Positions 47,996 to 58,027 of a DNA stretch of 64,000 nucleotides are shown one piece after another (the first letter of the stretch is position 1; the number at the start of each line of letters is the position of its first letter). The notes beneath the pieces are model-generated. The model saw only the letters and a list, made by a program, of their open reading frames with translations, was not told where the DNA came from and ran no database searches. Origin of the DNA: a virus; IMG/VR virus record IMGVR_UViG_3300046171_000267, positions 3,698-67,697 of that record. The stretch is one strand, 5' to 3'. The position numbers and the translations under genes were made by a program.

Positions 47996-48575
47996 TTTCC
48001 CAGTCCAAATCCGCCTGTTTTATACCATCACCCTTTTTAATACTGATTTCTGCCGCCACAGCGTTCTTCCAGTATTCTGTCGTGCAAAACTTCTGCACAA
48101 CTTTTAGCTCATCCAAATTTAATTCTTCTAAATGCCTTCCAGATAACTCACCAATCTTTGAGCTATTAGGTAACGGGTCATATTTAGATTTTTTTGGTAA
48201 GTTGTTAGGTTTTTTTTCTAATTCTTCTTGTCGTTCGATTGCTTGTTCAACTTCCTCATAGGTGGCAATCGAATCATCAACTCCAATTCCTAGAAAACCC
48301 AAGCATCGTCCGACAGCACTTGTCTCGCAATTTTCTATAAAGCTTGTGGCGTTCACTCCGCTTTTACCCTTAATTTCTTCAGCGTGACCAGTTGCTCTTA
48401 CCAGACCTTCTGAGTCTAAAACTTTTGCAACCATGACCACCCTGTCCCCACTCATGTCGATAATACTTGTTTCTATCGACATATCCTTAAAGTTAGGATG
48501 ACTCCTGAATGCCCTGACTCGCTCGTTCACGGCAACATAATCTTTAGACTTAATTTTCTGTGTCTTGAGCTTCAT
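47985..48575 (-). CDS. Single-strand annealing protein (Rad52/Sak-like)
   Basis: YVAVNERV...ATGHAEE...ENCETSAVGRCLGFLGIG; adjacent to exonuclease. Confidence 0.65.
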   Translation of the reverse strand: MKLKTQKIKSKDYVAVNERVRAFRSHPNFKDMSIETSIIDMSGDRVVMVAKVLDSEGLVRATGHAEEIKGKSGVNATSFIENCETSAVGRCLGFLGIGVDDSIATYEEVEQAIERQEELEKKPNNLPKKSKYDPLPNSSKIGELSGRHLEELNLDELKVVQKFCTTEYWKNAVAAEISIKKGDGIKQADLDWESDG

Positions 48576-48828
48576 CGTTTACCTCCGAATTCATTTGATG
48601 TCTCCACCCGACTGGTCTTTTGGGAGAAACTAAAATTGGCTCTTGCAAAGAATTAACTTCTTTGAGGGAAACCAAATGGCGTTTTCTGTGAGGGTACTTC
48701 CAAGACCTTAGTCGGTCTCTTGCAATCAGGTCATGAACGCTTTTGTTCGACGCATAACCTAGTAGCTTCCTCGCCTCTGTAATTGTAATTAAATCATCAT
48801 CCACACTCATGCAAACGATGTTTATCAT
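48550..48828 (-). CDS. HTH DNA-binding protein (excisionase/Cro-like)
   Basis: LITITEARKLLGY.S.KSV.DLI..DRL MerR/Xis-like HTH; first gene of the lytic operon. Confidence 0.65.
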   Translation of the reverse strand: MINIVCMSVDDDLITITEARKLLGYASNKSVHDLIARDRLRSWKYPHRKRHLVSLKEVNSLQEPILVSPKRPVGWRHQMNSEVNDEAQDTEN

Positions 48829-48963
48829 AAAATAATTTAAAGAAAAGAAAAAAATTAAAAAAAATTAAAATATTTTATTTATTTTACTATTTTACGTAAA
48901 TTTATATATTTTGTTGACTTTGTATATAAAACTGTAGTTCATATATTTTCTTGTCCATTAAAT
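48829..48963. promoter_or_regulatory. AT-rich divergent promoter region (lysis/lysogeny switch)
   Basis: Between divergent regulators; very AT-rich; TTGACT at 48914. Confidence 0.55.
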
Positions 48964-49191
48964 ATGAGTGTAAAAAAGTACCAAATAGTAGGAGTTAAGC
49001 TAGATACAGCTTTGCTCCAGCAGTTTCAGAAAGTCGCAGCTTTACTAGAAATGAATCAATCAGACTTAGCGTCAAAAATGATTCGCGACTGGATGGAAAT
49101 GCTTGAAGAGAAATCAACCCCGCAAATACCGAGTTTCCTTGCAATGGCTCGTTTTGCAAAAGAATACAAAGGAGAAAAACTGAAAAAATGA
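48964..49191 (+). CDS. Ribbon-helix-helix regulator (putative repressor)
   Basis: IVGVKLD..LLQQF..VA..LEMNQSDLA..MI RHH pattern. Confidence 0.6.
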   Translation: MSVKKYQIVGVKLDTALLQQFQKVAALLEMNQSDLASKMIRDWMEMLEEKSTPQIPSFLAMARFAKEYKGEKLKK

Positions 49192-49661
49192 CTAACAATA
49201 TTGTTGTCGAATTTAACGAGGAAAAACAACAGCTAGATTTTCCTTATCCAATCAAATCAATTGAGTTAGACGGGGAAAAGTTATCTGATGTCCACGACTT
49301 GACTTCAAAGGTTATCAGCATGACTAAGACGATAAGAGTCTTAGCATACACAGCTACAGTATTAGCAATAATGGCAGTTGGAACTGTATTCTTTATTGCA
49401 CAATGGCTAGTCAGCCACGAAGCAAGTATTGAGCAGTTACTCCTGACAGGCAATGAAGATTATAATCAAATGCGGGTAGATTCACTTGCATGGAATGCCC
49501 ACAAAAGAGAGCGAGCATATGTTCACCTCAAAGAGTTCCACGGACTGCATTGGGATGAGAAAGTGCAGGATTGGGTTAAGCCCCCTCCGCCACCACCACC
49601 ATTGAAACCCAATCCGATAGGAGGTGCCAATCACTTTGATCTGAAGTGGGCTGGTCGCTGA
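49188..49661 (+). CDS. Single-pass membrane protein (possible lysogenic/superinfection-exclusion function)
   Basis: TM helix VLAYTATVLAIMAVGTVFFIAQW; poly-Pro tract; ATGA-coupled to the RHH gene. Confidence 0.5.
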   Translation: MTNNIVVEFNEEKQQLDFPYPIKSIELDGEKLSDVHDLTSKVISMTKTIRVLAYTATVLAIMAVGTVFFIAQWLVSHEASIEQLLLTGNEDYNQMRVDSLAWNAHKRERAYVHLKEFHGLHWDEKVQDWVKPPPPPPPLKPNPIGGANHFDLKWAGR

Positions 49662-49765
49662 GGGTTAACCATGCGACAAAGAATCGTAATCGATAATAAC
49701 ATATATATTATTATATTATTCCGTAAGGAATAATGTTGCGCGCGCGTAAGGGAGTAAACCCACAG

Positions 49766-50722
49766 TTATACTGGAGTTATACTAAAGTATTCCTTAGCTT
49801 CTGACTCACTAACATTGGATTCACAGTAATTATGATGAAAAGTTCTATGGTTAGTGTGACCTGTAAATCGCATACATTTTTCCTGCCCCAAAACCCAAAA
49901 GCCGTAGGAACAAAAACTGTGCCTCATGGCATCATGCCCCAAGGCTCCACAATGTCTGTCTCTAGCAAGTCTAAATGAATTGTAGGTGCATGGTTTTACC
50001 TTGAAATTCTGAAGCCAGACTTTGAGATTGCAAGGTAATCCACTCAAGGTTCTTGTTCTTCTTCCTTTAGCAGAAGAGCCTGAAATAATTATTTTATCAT
50101 CGCTAAAGGTTAATTCACGACACGCCTCGTAAGGGCGAAGTCCCGCAAAAAGCTGTAGGCAGACTCGTAATTTGTGTTGGGATGGGATGCGGTTTAAAAT
50201 TTCTTGAGTTTTTTCAACGGAAAGAATTGGTATTTCTTTTTCATCCACAAATATTTTTCCAAGCTTAATTCCGTGAAATTTATCCTGTGGACACCATCCT
50301 TTTTCCCCGCACCAGTTGAGAAAGCTGGCAACATCATTTCGATACCCCGATCTCGTGTGAGTATTGTTTTCTTTTTCAGCAAACGATTTAACATCATGGC
50401 GCTCAATTTTCTCAACAAGCGTGTTTCCAATAAATTGATTGAACTGATTTAGACGCTGTCCATATGTTTTAATCGTCGCACGACGCATATTTCTTTTTTC
50501 GCAGTCTTGTAAATATTCTTCTATAGCTGGGGTTATACCGCAGTGATTACCTGAATATTTTGGGGTGAGCAATCCATTGGAAAAAGTATTTAGCTCTTCA
50601 TCAATATGCTCCTGAGCTTTTTTCTTTGTTGTAAAGAATTTGCGATAAATTCTGGTGTTTTGTGAGCGCAAAGTGACGCAAAATCTTCTTTTTGTCTTAT
50701 CGTGGGTAATTTTATGTTTCAT
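49766..50722 (-). CDS. int: Phage integrase (tyrosine recombinase)
   Basis: FAGLRPYE, AKGRR, HDAMRHSF, TGHT...HHNY; adjacent to attP. Confidence 0.92.
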   Translation of the reverse strand: MKHKITHDKTKRRFCVTLRSQNTRIYRKFFTTKKKAQEHIDEELNTFSNGLLTPKYSGNHCGITPAIEEYLQDCEKRNMRRATIKTYGQRLNQFNQFIGNTLVEKIERHDVKSFAEKENNTHTRSGYRNDVASFLNWCGEKGWCPQDKFHGIKLGKIFVDEKEIPILSVEKTQEILNRIPSQHKLRVCLQLFAGLRPYEACRELTFSDDKIIISGSSAKGRRTRTLSGLPCNLKVWLQNFKVKPCTYNSFRLARDRHCGALGHDAMRHSFCSYGFWVLGQEKCMRFTGHTNHRTFHHNYCESNVSESEAKEYFSITPV

Positions 50723-50834
50723 CAGCGGTGGCGTTTATGGTGGCGTTTTTGGGGCGTTTTTATGATTATGAACGCCACTTTTGATGTAAAGCCATTTATT
50801 AAAAAGTATAATATTTACTTTATTTATAATGACT

Positions 50835-50857
50835 AAGCCCCTGATTGGTAGGGCTTT
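50835..50857 (-). terminator. Hairpin downstream of the tRNA fragment
   Basis: AAGCCC-N10-GGGCTT inverted repeat. Confidence 0.45.
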
Positions 50858-50872
50858 ATGTTGCTAAAAAAA

Positions 50873-50922
50873 TGGTGGGAGATACTGGATTCGAACCAGT
50901 GGCCTCATGCGTGTCATGCATG
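50873..50922 (-). tRNA. 3' half of tRNA-Val(GAC) (attP core, not a full tRNA)
   Basis: Minus strand CATGC-ATGACAC-GCATG anticodon arm, GGTTCGAATCC T-arm, ...TCTCCCACCA end; no D-arm or 5' acceptor strand. Confidence 0.88.
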
Positions 50923-51023
50923 TAATTAATAGCTTAAACATTGGGATTGAGTGATACTGGTGGCGTTTGGTGGCTTTTTTCTTGCATAACCAAAGTGTTG
51001 GTTTCATAGTCAAAGAGGTGGAA

Positions 51024-51254
51024 ATGACAGGGGAACAAATACAAAAATACATTAAGCCATACTTGGAGGAAATGTTTGAGGGATACATTGTTGTTGGATT
51101 TAAGGCAGGTAAATCTACGCCAGTTATGATTGGACACGCTCCGCATAAACTGAAGAAACCAATTGAGTGTGCCAAGATCAAGTCAATAGCCAAGATGGCT
51201 ATGAAAATATTAGAGACTAATGAGGAAGATACGCAAAGGTTGGGAGATATTTGA
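51024..51254 (+). CDS. Hypothetical protein
   Basis: ATG preceded by GAGGTG. Confidence 0.55.
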   Translation: MTGEQIQKYIKPYLEEMFEGYIVVGFKAGKSTPVMIGHAPHKLKKPIECAKIKSIAKMAMKILETNEEDTQRLGDI

Positions 51255-51603
51255 TTTCTTTCCTCCAATATTTGTAAGGATTCTTGCAAGGGAGAAAGTT
51301 GGTAAATCAGCAGTGCGGGTTCTTACTGATGAGGAAATCTCAATTAGGGGCGAGCTAGGTCTGGATTTAGTTAAAGAGGTGTCTGTCTTGCACAACTGGG
51401 ATAATGTAACACTTGGTGTTGCAAGAAAGTTTTGTAAGGGATGTAACTTGGATGTTTTTGATTGGCGTGTCAGAAATTCGGCATATGCGTTAGCGAGCGG
51501 TGGAAGTTTTGCTTATTTAAAATGTAGTCCAGATTGGAAGACAAAGTATCTTCCTCTACTTAGAGAATATATCGATGCCGAGAAGAAGAAAATACACAAC
51601 TGA
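51220..51603 (+). CDS. Hypothetical protein
   Basis: ORF in packaging operon. Confidence 0.55.
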   Translation: MRKIRKGWEIFDFFPPIFVRILAREKVGKSAVRVLTDEEISIRGELGLDLVKEVSVLHNWDNVTLGVARKFCKGCNLDVFDWRVRNSAYALASGGSFAYLKCSPDWKTKYLPLLREYIDAEKKKIHN

Positions 51604-52237
51604 TGAAGTATCTGCTTTGCTCACGGAGCACGATGGTAACTACGCAAAGGTAGCCAAGGTTCTTGGCGAGACAGTCGATAAAATACGCAGGCGTGTTTAT
51701 AGAGACCCAAAGTTAAAATCTATTTGGGTGGCAGCAGGTGAGCAGGGGCATCAGCCAAACGAGGCTGAGCTGTTAACTCGAAGCAGTCCTATTGAAGCTA
51801 CAGACGGAGAAATGCTTTCTGCCTTACAAAAGAACGGTAAGGAAGCATTCATGAATGATATTGCGGAAATGCTCAATGACCCAAAAAATATTGGCAAACT
51901 CGATATATTTCGGGACTTTGATGATTCTGTTGGTCAGTTGATGGGTGAAGCTTTGAAGCTGACGCAAAAAATAGCTATTAGGCAAAATATGTCTTTATTT
52001 GAAGTTGCAGAAAAACTTCGGGATGACATTCAGGGAGGTAGTTTAGATGCAGAGGAGGAGATTTTACGCACAAGATTATTCATGCAGGCTACTGAGCAGC
52101 AGGGTAAGTTCTTTGACAGAATACTGCATGGCTTGGATTTGATGCTGAAAATGACTGAGCGTGAAAAGGGGGAGAAAAAGAAAAAAGCAGGCTTTCGCCC
52201 ATTAAAAGAAAAAGATGCCGAAGATACGAAAGATTGA
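51575..52237 (+). CDS. Putative terminase small subunit
   Basis: N-terminal HTH; directly upstream of terL. Confidence 0.5.
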   Translation: MPRRRKYTTDEVSALLTEHDGNYAKVAKVLGETVDKIRRRVYRDPKLKSIWVAAGEQGHQPNEAELLTRSSPIEATDGEMLSALQKNGKEAFMNDIAEMLNDPKNIGKLDIFRDFDDSVGQLMGEALKLTQKIAIRQNMSLFEVAEKLRDDIQGGSLDAEEEILRTRLFMQATEQQGKFFDRILHGLDLMLKMTEREKGEKKKKAGFRPLKEKDAEDTKD

Positions 52238-53750
52238 TGCAGATTCTATTCTCGAAAAGCTGGACGATACAAAACAGCAAAATGAGAAGGAATTAGAAAC
52301 ATGGCATCCTAGCTTATCAGGCAGTCAGCTAGAAATTTTTGACTCTACTGCAAAATACATACTTGCTTACGGGGAGAGAGCGTCTGGAAAAACATTTGTG
52401 CTTGGTGGGCATAAGTTAGTTCGTCATGCGTATGAGAATTTTAATGCTCTATGTTTAATTGTAGTAGGTGTTAAAGCTCAAGCTACACAAGGGGGAGTTT
52501 GGCATAAGTTGCAGACCGAAATACTTCCTGAGTGGGAAGATGGCATCGGAATTAAGTACACAGACGAAAAGCTTGATCTACAAAAACAACCTTACTTGGA
52601 TATAGAGAATAGATTTGGTGGTTGGTCTCGTGTTTCTCTTTTGTCAGCTCCATATGGAAATATTTTAGTAGATCGAATAAAAGGCTATGAGCCTAGTTAT
52701 GTCTTCGTAGACGAATTGACAAATCTTGACACATCAAGTTACTTCGATGCCCTTGTTCAACAATTAGGCAGAAGGCAAGGGATTGATGGAATTCAGCAGT
52801 ACGCTGCTGCCTGTAATCCCGCAGGCCCAAGTCACTGGGTGTACAAGAGATTTTTTCAAATGCCACTAAAAAATGGTGATTGGAATCCTGATTATCATGT
52901 GGTTCATGTGAAAATACAGGAAAACGAAAAGAATCTTCCTAAAGGATATTATGATCGTGTAATGGAAGGTGTAGCTGGCGATCCCATCGAAGCTAAGCGG
53001 ATGTTAGAAGGAGAATGGATTGACCGCCCTGCAGGAGACGCAATATTCGCACCGTACTACAATAAAAGTTTACATGAGATACCCATAGATACGCGGATTG
53101 TTCCAACAAACGAATTCCCAGTAGTGATTGGATACGATTTAGGTTCGGTAAATAATGCCTGTATTTTCATGCAATGTTTAGTAGGAGCTGAGAAAAGTGT
53201 GTGGACTGTTTTCGATGAGCTAGTTTTTATCGATAAAAAAATACCGTATACAAGTATTATTCCCATGCTATATCAAAAAATGAAAAAGTGGGAAGATAAA
53301 GTTGGTGGATTAAAATGGTATCACATTTCAGATAATTCAGCATTTAACCAATATAGAGCCAAAACTGGTTCTTACGATGTACGAGATTTTGAGGAGATAT
53401 CGAAAGCGAAGTGTGAAATGTTTGATTTGGAGCCGATCCGACTAAAAGCAGCTCCAAAGTTTTCTGGAAGTGTGCAGAGTAGGGTAAGGTTATTGATGGC
53501 AAAGCTTATGCAGGAGGAAATTGTATTTAGTGCAAGAAATGCGACAGATTCACTTAAAGCAGTTAGAAATCTAGTTTCTCAGAAAGGAAAAGATGGAAAA
53601 TACGATCCCTCATTAGAGCTTAAACCTCAGCGATCTGTTTATCTTCATGCCTTTGATGCAATGACTTATGCTTTGATTTATTTTGATTCCAGATTAGGTA
53701 CGCCAACCCCAACAACACAAAAGGCTACTATTTTGGAAATTAATGCTTGA
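52215..53750 (+). CDS. terL: Terminase large subunit
   Basis: GERASGKT Walker A, VFVDE Walker B, ACNP coupling motif, GYDLG and HAFDAMTY nuclease residues. Confidence 0.92.
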   Translation: MPKIRKIDADSILEKLDDTKQQNEKELETWHPSLSGSQLEIFDSTAKYILAYGERASGKTFVLGGHKLVRHAYENFNALCLIVVGVKAQATQGGVWHKLQTEILPEWEDGIGIKYTDEKLDLQKQPYLDIENRFGGWSRVSLLSAPYGNILVDRIKGYEPSYVFVDELTNLDTSSYFDALVQQLGRRQGIDGIQQYAAACNPAGPSHWVYKRFFQMPLKNGDWNPDYHVVHVKIQENEKNLPKGYYDRVMEGVAGDPIEAKRMLEGEWIDRPAGDAIFAPYYNKSLHEIPIDTRIVPTNEFPVVIGYDLGSVNNACIFMQCLVGAEKSVWTVFDELVFIDKKIPYTSIIPMLYQKMKKWEDKVGGLKWYHISDNSAFNQYRAKTGSYDVRDFEEISKAKCEMFDLEPIRLKAAPKFSGSVQSRVRLLMAKLMQEEIVFSARNATDSLKAVRNLVSQKGKDGKYDPSLELKPQRSVYLHAFDAMTYALIYFDSRLGTPTPTTQKATILEINA

Positions 53751-53781
53751 TTTTTGATTCCCAAAAAACTAGGTTACAATC

Positions 53782-54042
53782 ATGCAAGATTTACTACAGC
53801 TTGGTATGGATGAAGACTTAAGGGATGTATTGGATGGTCTTTCAGCAGGTTCTAAAGTGAAAATGATGATTGAGGTCACAGTTTCAGAAATAGATGAAGA
53901 TCGTTTCGCGGGAACAGTAGATCGAATCCACGAAGATGTTGAAGTCATGGCGGAAGGGGAGGAGTACGAACCTGAAGAAGAAGTCGAAGAAGATTCAGAA
54001 GAAGAGCCCGAAGAAGAGTACGAAGAGGAAGACGAGGAGTAG
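53782..54042 (+). CDS. Small highly acidic protein
   Basis: 86 aa with Glu-rich tail; preceded by a motif copy. Confidence 0.6.
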   Translation: MQDLLQLGMDEDLRDVLDGLSAGSKVKMMIEVTVSEIDEDRFAGTVDRIHEDVEVMAEGEEYEPEEEVEEDSEEEPEEEYEEEDEE

Positions 54043-54370
54043 TGCGACTTCAGCAAGTACATTAATTGATCTTCATTACGGGAGAATCAATCTTGTTAAG
54101 AGGTGGAACAGGGAAAGAATAGAGCGATTACTGGGTTTTTTAAGACTTTCTCAGGCGGAGTTGGCAAGCTTAGTTGCGGTTCCTCACAATACCTTTGGGA
54201 CGCAAGTTACTCGTGGCAAATTCTCCCCCCCTGTATGCCTTCTCCTTACAATTCTGGAGGGAAGGTTTTTAAGGGGAATAGCCCCAGATGTAATAACAAA
54301 CGTTTTTGATTTTTATGGTCGATCTGAAAGTACTGGAAGAAAAAGGCACGACGCAAAAGAGGCTTCGTGA
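53936..54370 (+). CDS. HTH-containing protein (true start probably near 54040)
   Basis: LRLSQAELASLVAV XRE-like HTH. Confidence 0.5.
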   Translation: MLKSWRKGRSTNLKKKSKKIQKKSPKKSTKRKTRSSATSASTLIDLHYGRINLVKRWNRERIERLLGFLRLSQAELASLVAVPHNTFGTQVTRGKFSPPVCLLLTILEGRFLRGIAPDVITNVFDFYGRSESTGRKRHDAKEAS

Positions 54371-56597
54371 AGTCTTTACTGCAAAGTCTGGAGATGACTT
54401 AGTGATTAGAGAAAGACTGCAGGATTTAATACAATCAAGGATTCATGAGGGTATTTATCATTCTTGCAGCAATCATTCACTTTATCTTGCTGTTGATTTA
54501 GCTTGGGATTCACTGCCCATAAATAAATTTACTATACCGTTATTACAGTACGCACAGGGTAAAATCGATATTAAGTCCTGTGCTTCTAAAATGGAAAACA
54601 TAGACCCACAACTTAAAGAGAAGTTTGTGGAGTATGATGACGAAGATAATGTTAAGGACATTTCGCTAACTCGTCTCTATGAAGTGAGTGTTAGTTTAAT
54701 CCGCTCCTACATAACTCGTCGGGTTGCAGCACAGGTAAGTAGGTTCTCGAACTTATTTCCATATTTTAAATATAGTCCAAGAGGGACTGATATGTCTTCT
54801 AAGATTCGCTCGGAGGTTTTAAGCCAACGAGTAGAAATAATGACTGAGCAATTTAATTACAGGCATATTTTCTCTCAGTCGATTCGTAGTATGTTTATGT
54901 ACGGATTCACTGTTCTTTTCCCTAAGGAAGCATGGACTAGAGAAGTACATTGGCGAAAGGGTGAGGATGGCGAGATGGAGTCATTTGTAGAAAAAGAAGG
55001 TGTTTCTTTTGTGGAGCCACATCCTACACGAGTTATTTATGATAACTCTAAGCCTTTGTCTGGAATAAATTCAAATCTTGGGCCTTCATGGGTCGGATAT
55101 TGGGATATTGTCAGATATTCATCCGTTAAGAACAATCCAGAGTTTTGGAATGTAAACGAAGTCACTTACACCAATTCTCTACAGGGAATAGTAAATGCAT
55201 ATCGTGATTTCTTTGACTTCTACTATGATCCAAAGATTTTAGCGTTCCCGTCTAAAAAGGATGATTGGCCTTTTCAAAATGAAAGAGTAGCTCATACAGG
55301 GATTTATGCAGGCGAAGATGAAGATAAGGGAATGTTTCTCTCTAACATCTTTTTAAAGCTTAATCCGAAAGCAGAAGGGCTTGGGGATTATCCATTCGAT
55401 TGCTGGCTTAAAGTGGTGGTGGCTTCTGACGAAACTGTTTTGTATGCAGAGTGGCTCCCTTCTTTACCTGCTATTTACGGTGGAATTAACCAAAATGATG
55501 ACCGTATGGCTAATTGCTCTATGGCACATGATTTAATGCCATATCAGGATCAAATGAATAATATTATTTATGCGATGCTTCATCACATGAAGATCAGTAT
55601 GTTTAAGATTATTTCTGTAGATCAAGATGCATTAGATGATGATGTAAAGGAGTATTTAATGGACGCCTTGGCAGAAGATACTTTTTACGAAAAGCCTAAA
55701 GCTTTATTTTACTCAGGTGCAAAAATAGCAGACTTAGGAATAGATGCTAAAAATATCCTGACTGTAGTAGATGTTAGCAAGGAATTATCGCAGGGAATAA
55801 ATCAATCTCTACAAAGTTTATTTCAGTTACTTAATTTGGTTGAGCGGCTCATGATTCTTTCTCCGCAGGAATTAGGTCAAGCAGCCCAGAGAGAGATTTC
55901 AGCTACTGAGGTTACAGAAATAGCTAACTCTACGAATACAATTTACTCATTTATTTCTGAGGGTATTGATGAGATGAGGGCAGCGGTTAAAAAAGTACTT
56001 TATGAGCATCTAATTTCTTGCTCCACAACTGAGTTTAATGTGCCTGTGAAGCAAAGATTTACTGCTAAATCCATTCGTGGGGCAGGCTTAGATATAGACG
56101 ATACTGGAGATCAGGATGAGATGCCTTCAGGCAGAAACATTATTGGTAACCCAGAAAACCTTGTGCATGAGTTTATATTCTCAAGCAGAGATGGAGCTGA
56201 GAGGCAGAGAGATACACAGGCTGCTCAGACGCTGGGGCAATTATTTCAGCAAGTAATGTCTATTCCTGATATGGCAGGAGCTTTAGGCAAAGAGAGAATA
56301 TTCAATATTCTTAATGAGCTATTTAGATTATCAGGAGTGGGTCACGATCTTGGCTTAGAGGTAGACGAGGCAGACACACAGACAGAAATGGAAATGGGCC
56401 AGCAGGCATTTATTGATGACATGAGGAAGAAATTTCCGCAGATCGAAAAAGTGCTACAGCAGCTTATGATGCAATCACAAGCACAAATGCAACAACCCCC
56501 GCAAGGCGGAGGTGCTCGCCCACCAATGGCCCCTACACCTCGTATGCCTCAGCCACCCCCTTCAATGCAAACTCCGCCCCCAGCACCCCCAGCATAG
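54315..56597 (+). CDS. Portal protein
   Basis: ~760 aa after terL; REISATEV motif typical of podoviral portals; Gln/Pro-rich C-terminus. Confidence 0.8.
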   Translation: MVDLKVLEEKGTTQKRLREVFTAKSGDDLVIRERLQDLIQSRIHEGIYHSCSNHSLYLAVDLAWDSLPINKFTIPLLQYAQGKIDIKSCASKMENIDPQLKEKFVEYDDEDNVKDISLTRLYEVSVSLIRSYITRRVAAQVSRFSNLFPYFKYSPRGTDMSSKIRSEVLSQRVEIMTEQFNYRHIFSQSIRSMFMYGFTVLFPKEAWTREVHWRKGEDGEMESFVEKEGVSFVEPHPTRVIYDNSKPLSGINSNLGPSWVGYWDIVRYSSVKNNPEFWNVNEVTYTNSLQGIVNAYRDFFDFYYDPKILAFPSKKDDWPFQNERVAHTGIYAGEDEDKGMFLSNIFLKLNPKAEGLGDYPFDCWLKVVVASDETVLYAEWLPSLPAIYGGINQNDDRMANCSMAHDLMPYQDQMNNIIYAMLHHMKISMFKIISVDQDALDDDVKEYLMDALAEDTFYEKPKALFYSGAKIADLGIDAKNILTVVDVSKELSQGINQSLQSLFQLLNLVERLMILSPQELGQAAQREISATEVTEIANSTNTIYSFISEGIDEMRAAVKKVLYEHLISCSTTEFNVPVKQRFTAKSIRGAGLDIDDTGDQDEMPSGRNIIGNPENLVHEFIFSSRDGAERQRDTQAAQTLGQLFQQVMSIPDMAGALGKERIFNILNELFRLSGVGHDLGLEVDEADTQTEMEMGQQAFIDDMRKKFPQIEKVLQQLMMQSQAQMQQPPQGGGARPPMAPTPRMPQPPPSMQTPPPAPPA

Positions 56598-56600
56598 ATT

Positions 56601-57911
56601 ATGGAAGAAGAAAAAACTGAAAACACTGAAGTTACTAACGAGCAGGAGCAACAACCTCAAGAGGGAGAATCCAATAAAATATTTGATGCTCTTTACAGTG
56701 CTGTAGAGGGAGAGCCTGAGGAGGAGGAGGAGGAGCGTCAGGAGTATAAGCCACCTGCCTCAATCCAGAGTGCTTTACACGAAATCGAGCAAGAGTCAGA
56801 GGAGCCTGTTGCAACTGAAGAGACTGAGGAAACAGAGCAAGCAGAAGCCCCAAAAGAAAAACCCAAACCTAAGCAGAAAGTAAAGCGAAAGGTAGTCGAT
56901 CCAAAGTTTGATGTTGCACCTCGGCCCACAGTACGGCCTCGTCCTACTCAGGTTAAATCAGAAGACCCATTTGTCTCAGATTTGCTTCCAGAGGAAAAAG
57001 AGAGATATGAACTAGCTAAATGGGCATCTCAGAATATGCCTGATCAAAAAGGCTTGGATAAGCAGTATTTAGACTACTTTAAAAAGCAAAAAGCGTTCAT
57101 TGATAAAAATCAGGATTACGGTGATGATTTTGCGCAATCATCAGAGTGGAAGCAATTTCAGGAAAAGAATCGCCCCAAGGTCAATGTGCGTGAAATAGAA
57201 CGAAAAAAGATCGTCAACGAAGCCACTGAAGAAGCAAAGAAGGCATATCAACCTAAGATTGCGGAGCAAGAGCGTGAACTTTTTAAGATTCGTCAAGAGC
57301 CTGTAGTTCAGCAAAAAATACAAGAGGCAAAAAAAGTCTTTAACCAAGTCGTACCTGAAGAAGTAAAAAATAACTTTGATGAGTACGCCAAAAATAACCC
57401 TATGGAGTCTGGTATAATAGGGGGGACAGTTAAAAATGCTTTCACGATGGTGGAGGAGTTTTTGAATGTTATGAATGGCTTAAAGCAGGTTGATAATAAT
57501 GATCCTGTGCAAAAAGCCGTAAATGATTTCATTAAAGCTGAGCAAGATAGGTTTATAAATAGTGGTAAGACTAGACGGAACGGAAAGACATTTGTAAGAA
57601 TGGAGCGTTTTCGTAATGTCCCTGCTGCACAAAAAGAAAAATACTACACTTTTACAGAAGAGGATGTTGTCAATTTGCTTAGTCTTAGAGCGAAGGAACA
57701 GATTGATAAAAAGATCAAGCAATCGCACGATAATCTGCGTAAAGCGGGATATGTGCGGCAAGGAGAGCAACCTGTACAGGAGCCTGTACAACCTATTCCA
57801 TCTGCGCCACCTTCTGTTCCTACACCTGCACCACGAGCTGGAACTAGCGTCCCTGCGGGTCAATCACAGTCTGATCAAAAAAATACAATACTTTCACTGC
57901 TTGACCTTTGA
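56601..57911 (+). CDS. Capsid scaffolding protein (putative)
   Basis: Acidic N-terminus, coiled-coil, lies between portal and capsid. Confidence 0.65.
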   Translation: MEEEKTENTEVTNEQEQQPQEGESNKIFDALYSAVEGEPEEEEEERQEYKPPASIQSALHEIEQESEEPVATEETEETEQAEAPKEKPKPKQKVKRKVVDPKFDVAPRPTVRPRPTQVKSEDPFVSDLLPEEKERYELAKWASQNMPDQKGLDKQYLDYFKKQKAFIDKNQDYGDDFAQSSEWKQFQEKNRPKVNVREIERKKIVNEATEEAKKAYQPKIAEQERELFKIRQEPVVQQKIQEAKKVFNQVVPEEVKNNFDEYAKNNPMESGIIGGTVKNAFTMVEEFLNVMNGLKQVDNNDPVQKAVNDFIKAEQDRFINSGKTRRNGKTFVRMERFRNVPAAQKEKYYTFTEEDVVNLLSLRAKEQIDKKIKQSHDNLRKAGYVRQGEQPVQEPVQPIPSAPPSVPTPAPRAGTSVPAGQSQSDQKNTILSLLDL

Positions 57912-58027
57912 TAGTCAAAAGTAGCTTTTGGCTATACATTAAGAAGGCATAAATTCCGATACTTGCCCTATATTAATTTTTTTTGAGGTTGTTTTGAATA
58001 TTTGAGGTTTAAAACGGTATTATGGTT

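Larger units (their letters stand above)
50727..50978. other. attP site: tRNA-Val core with flanking GTGGCGTT arm-type repeats
   Basis: GTGGCGTT-like repeats at ~50727, 50738, 50751, 50771 (inverted), 50958 and 50969 flank the tRNA fragment. Confidence 0.8.

Noticed and set aside
50873-50950. Full-length tRNA-Val gene
   Set aside because: D-arm and 5' acceptor strand are missing; fits an attP core
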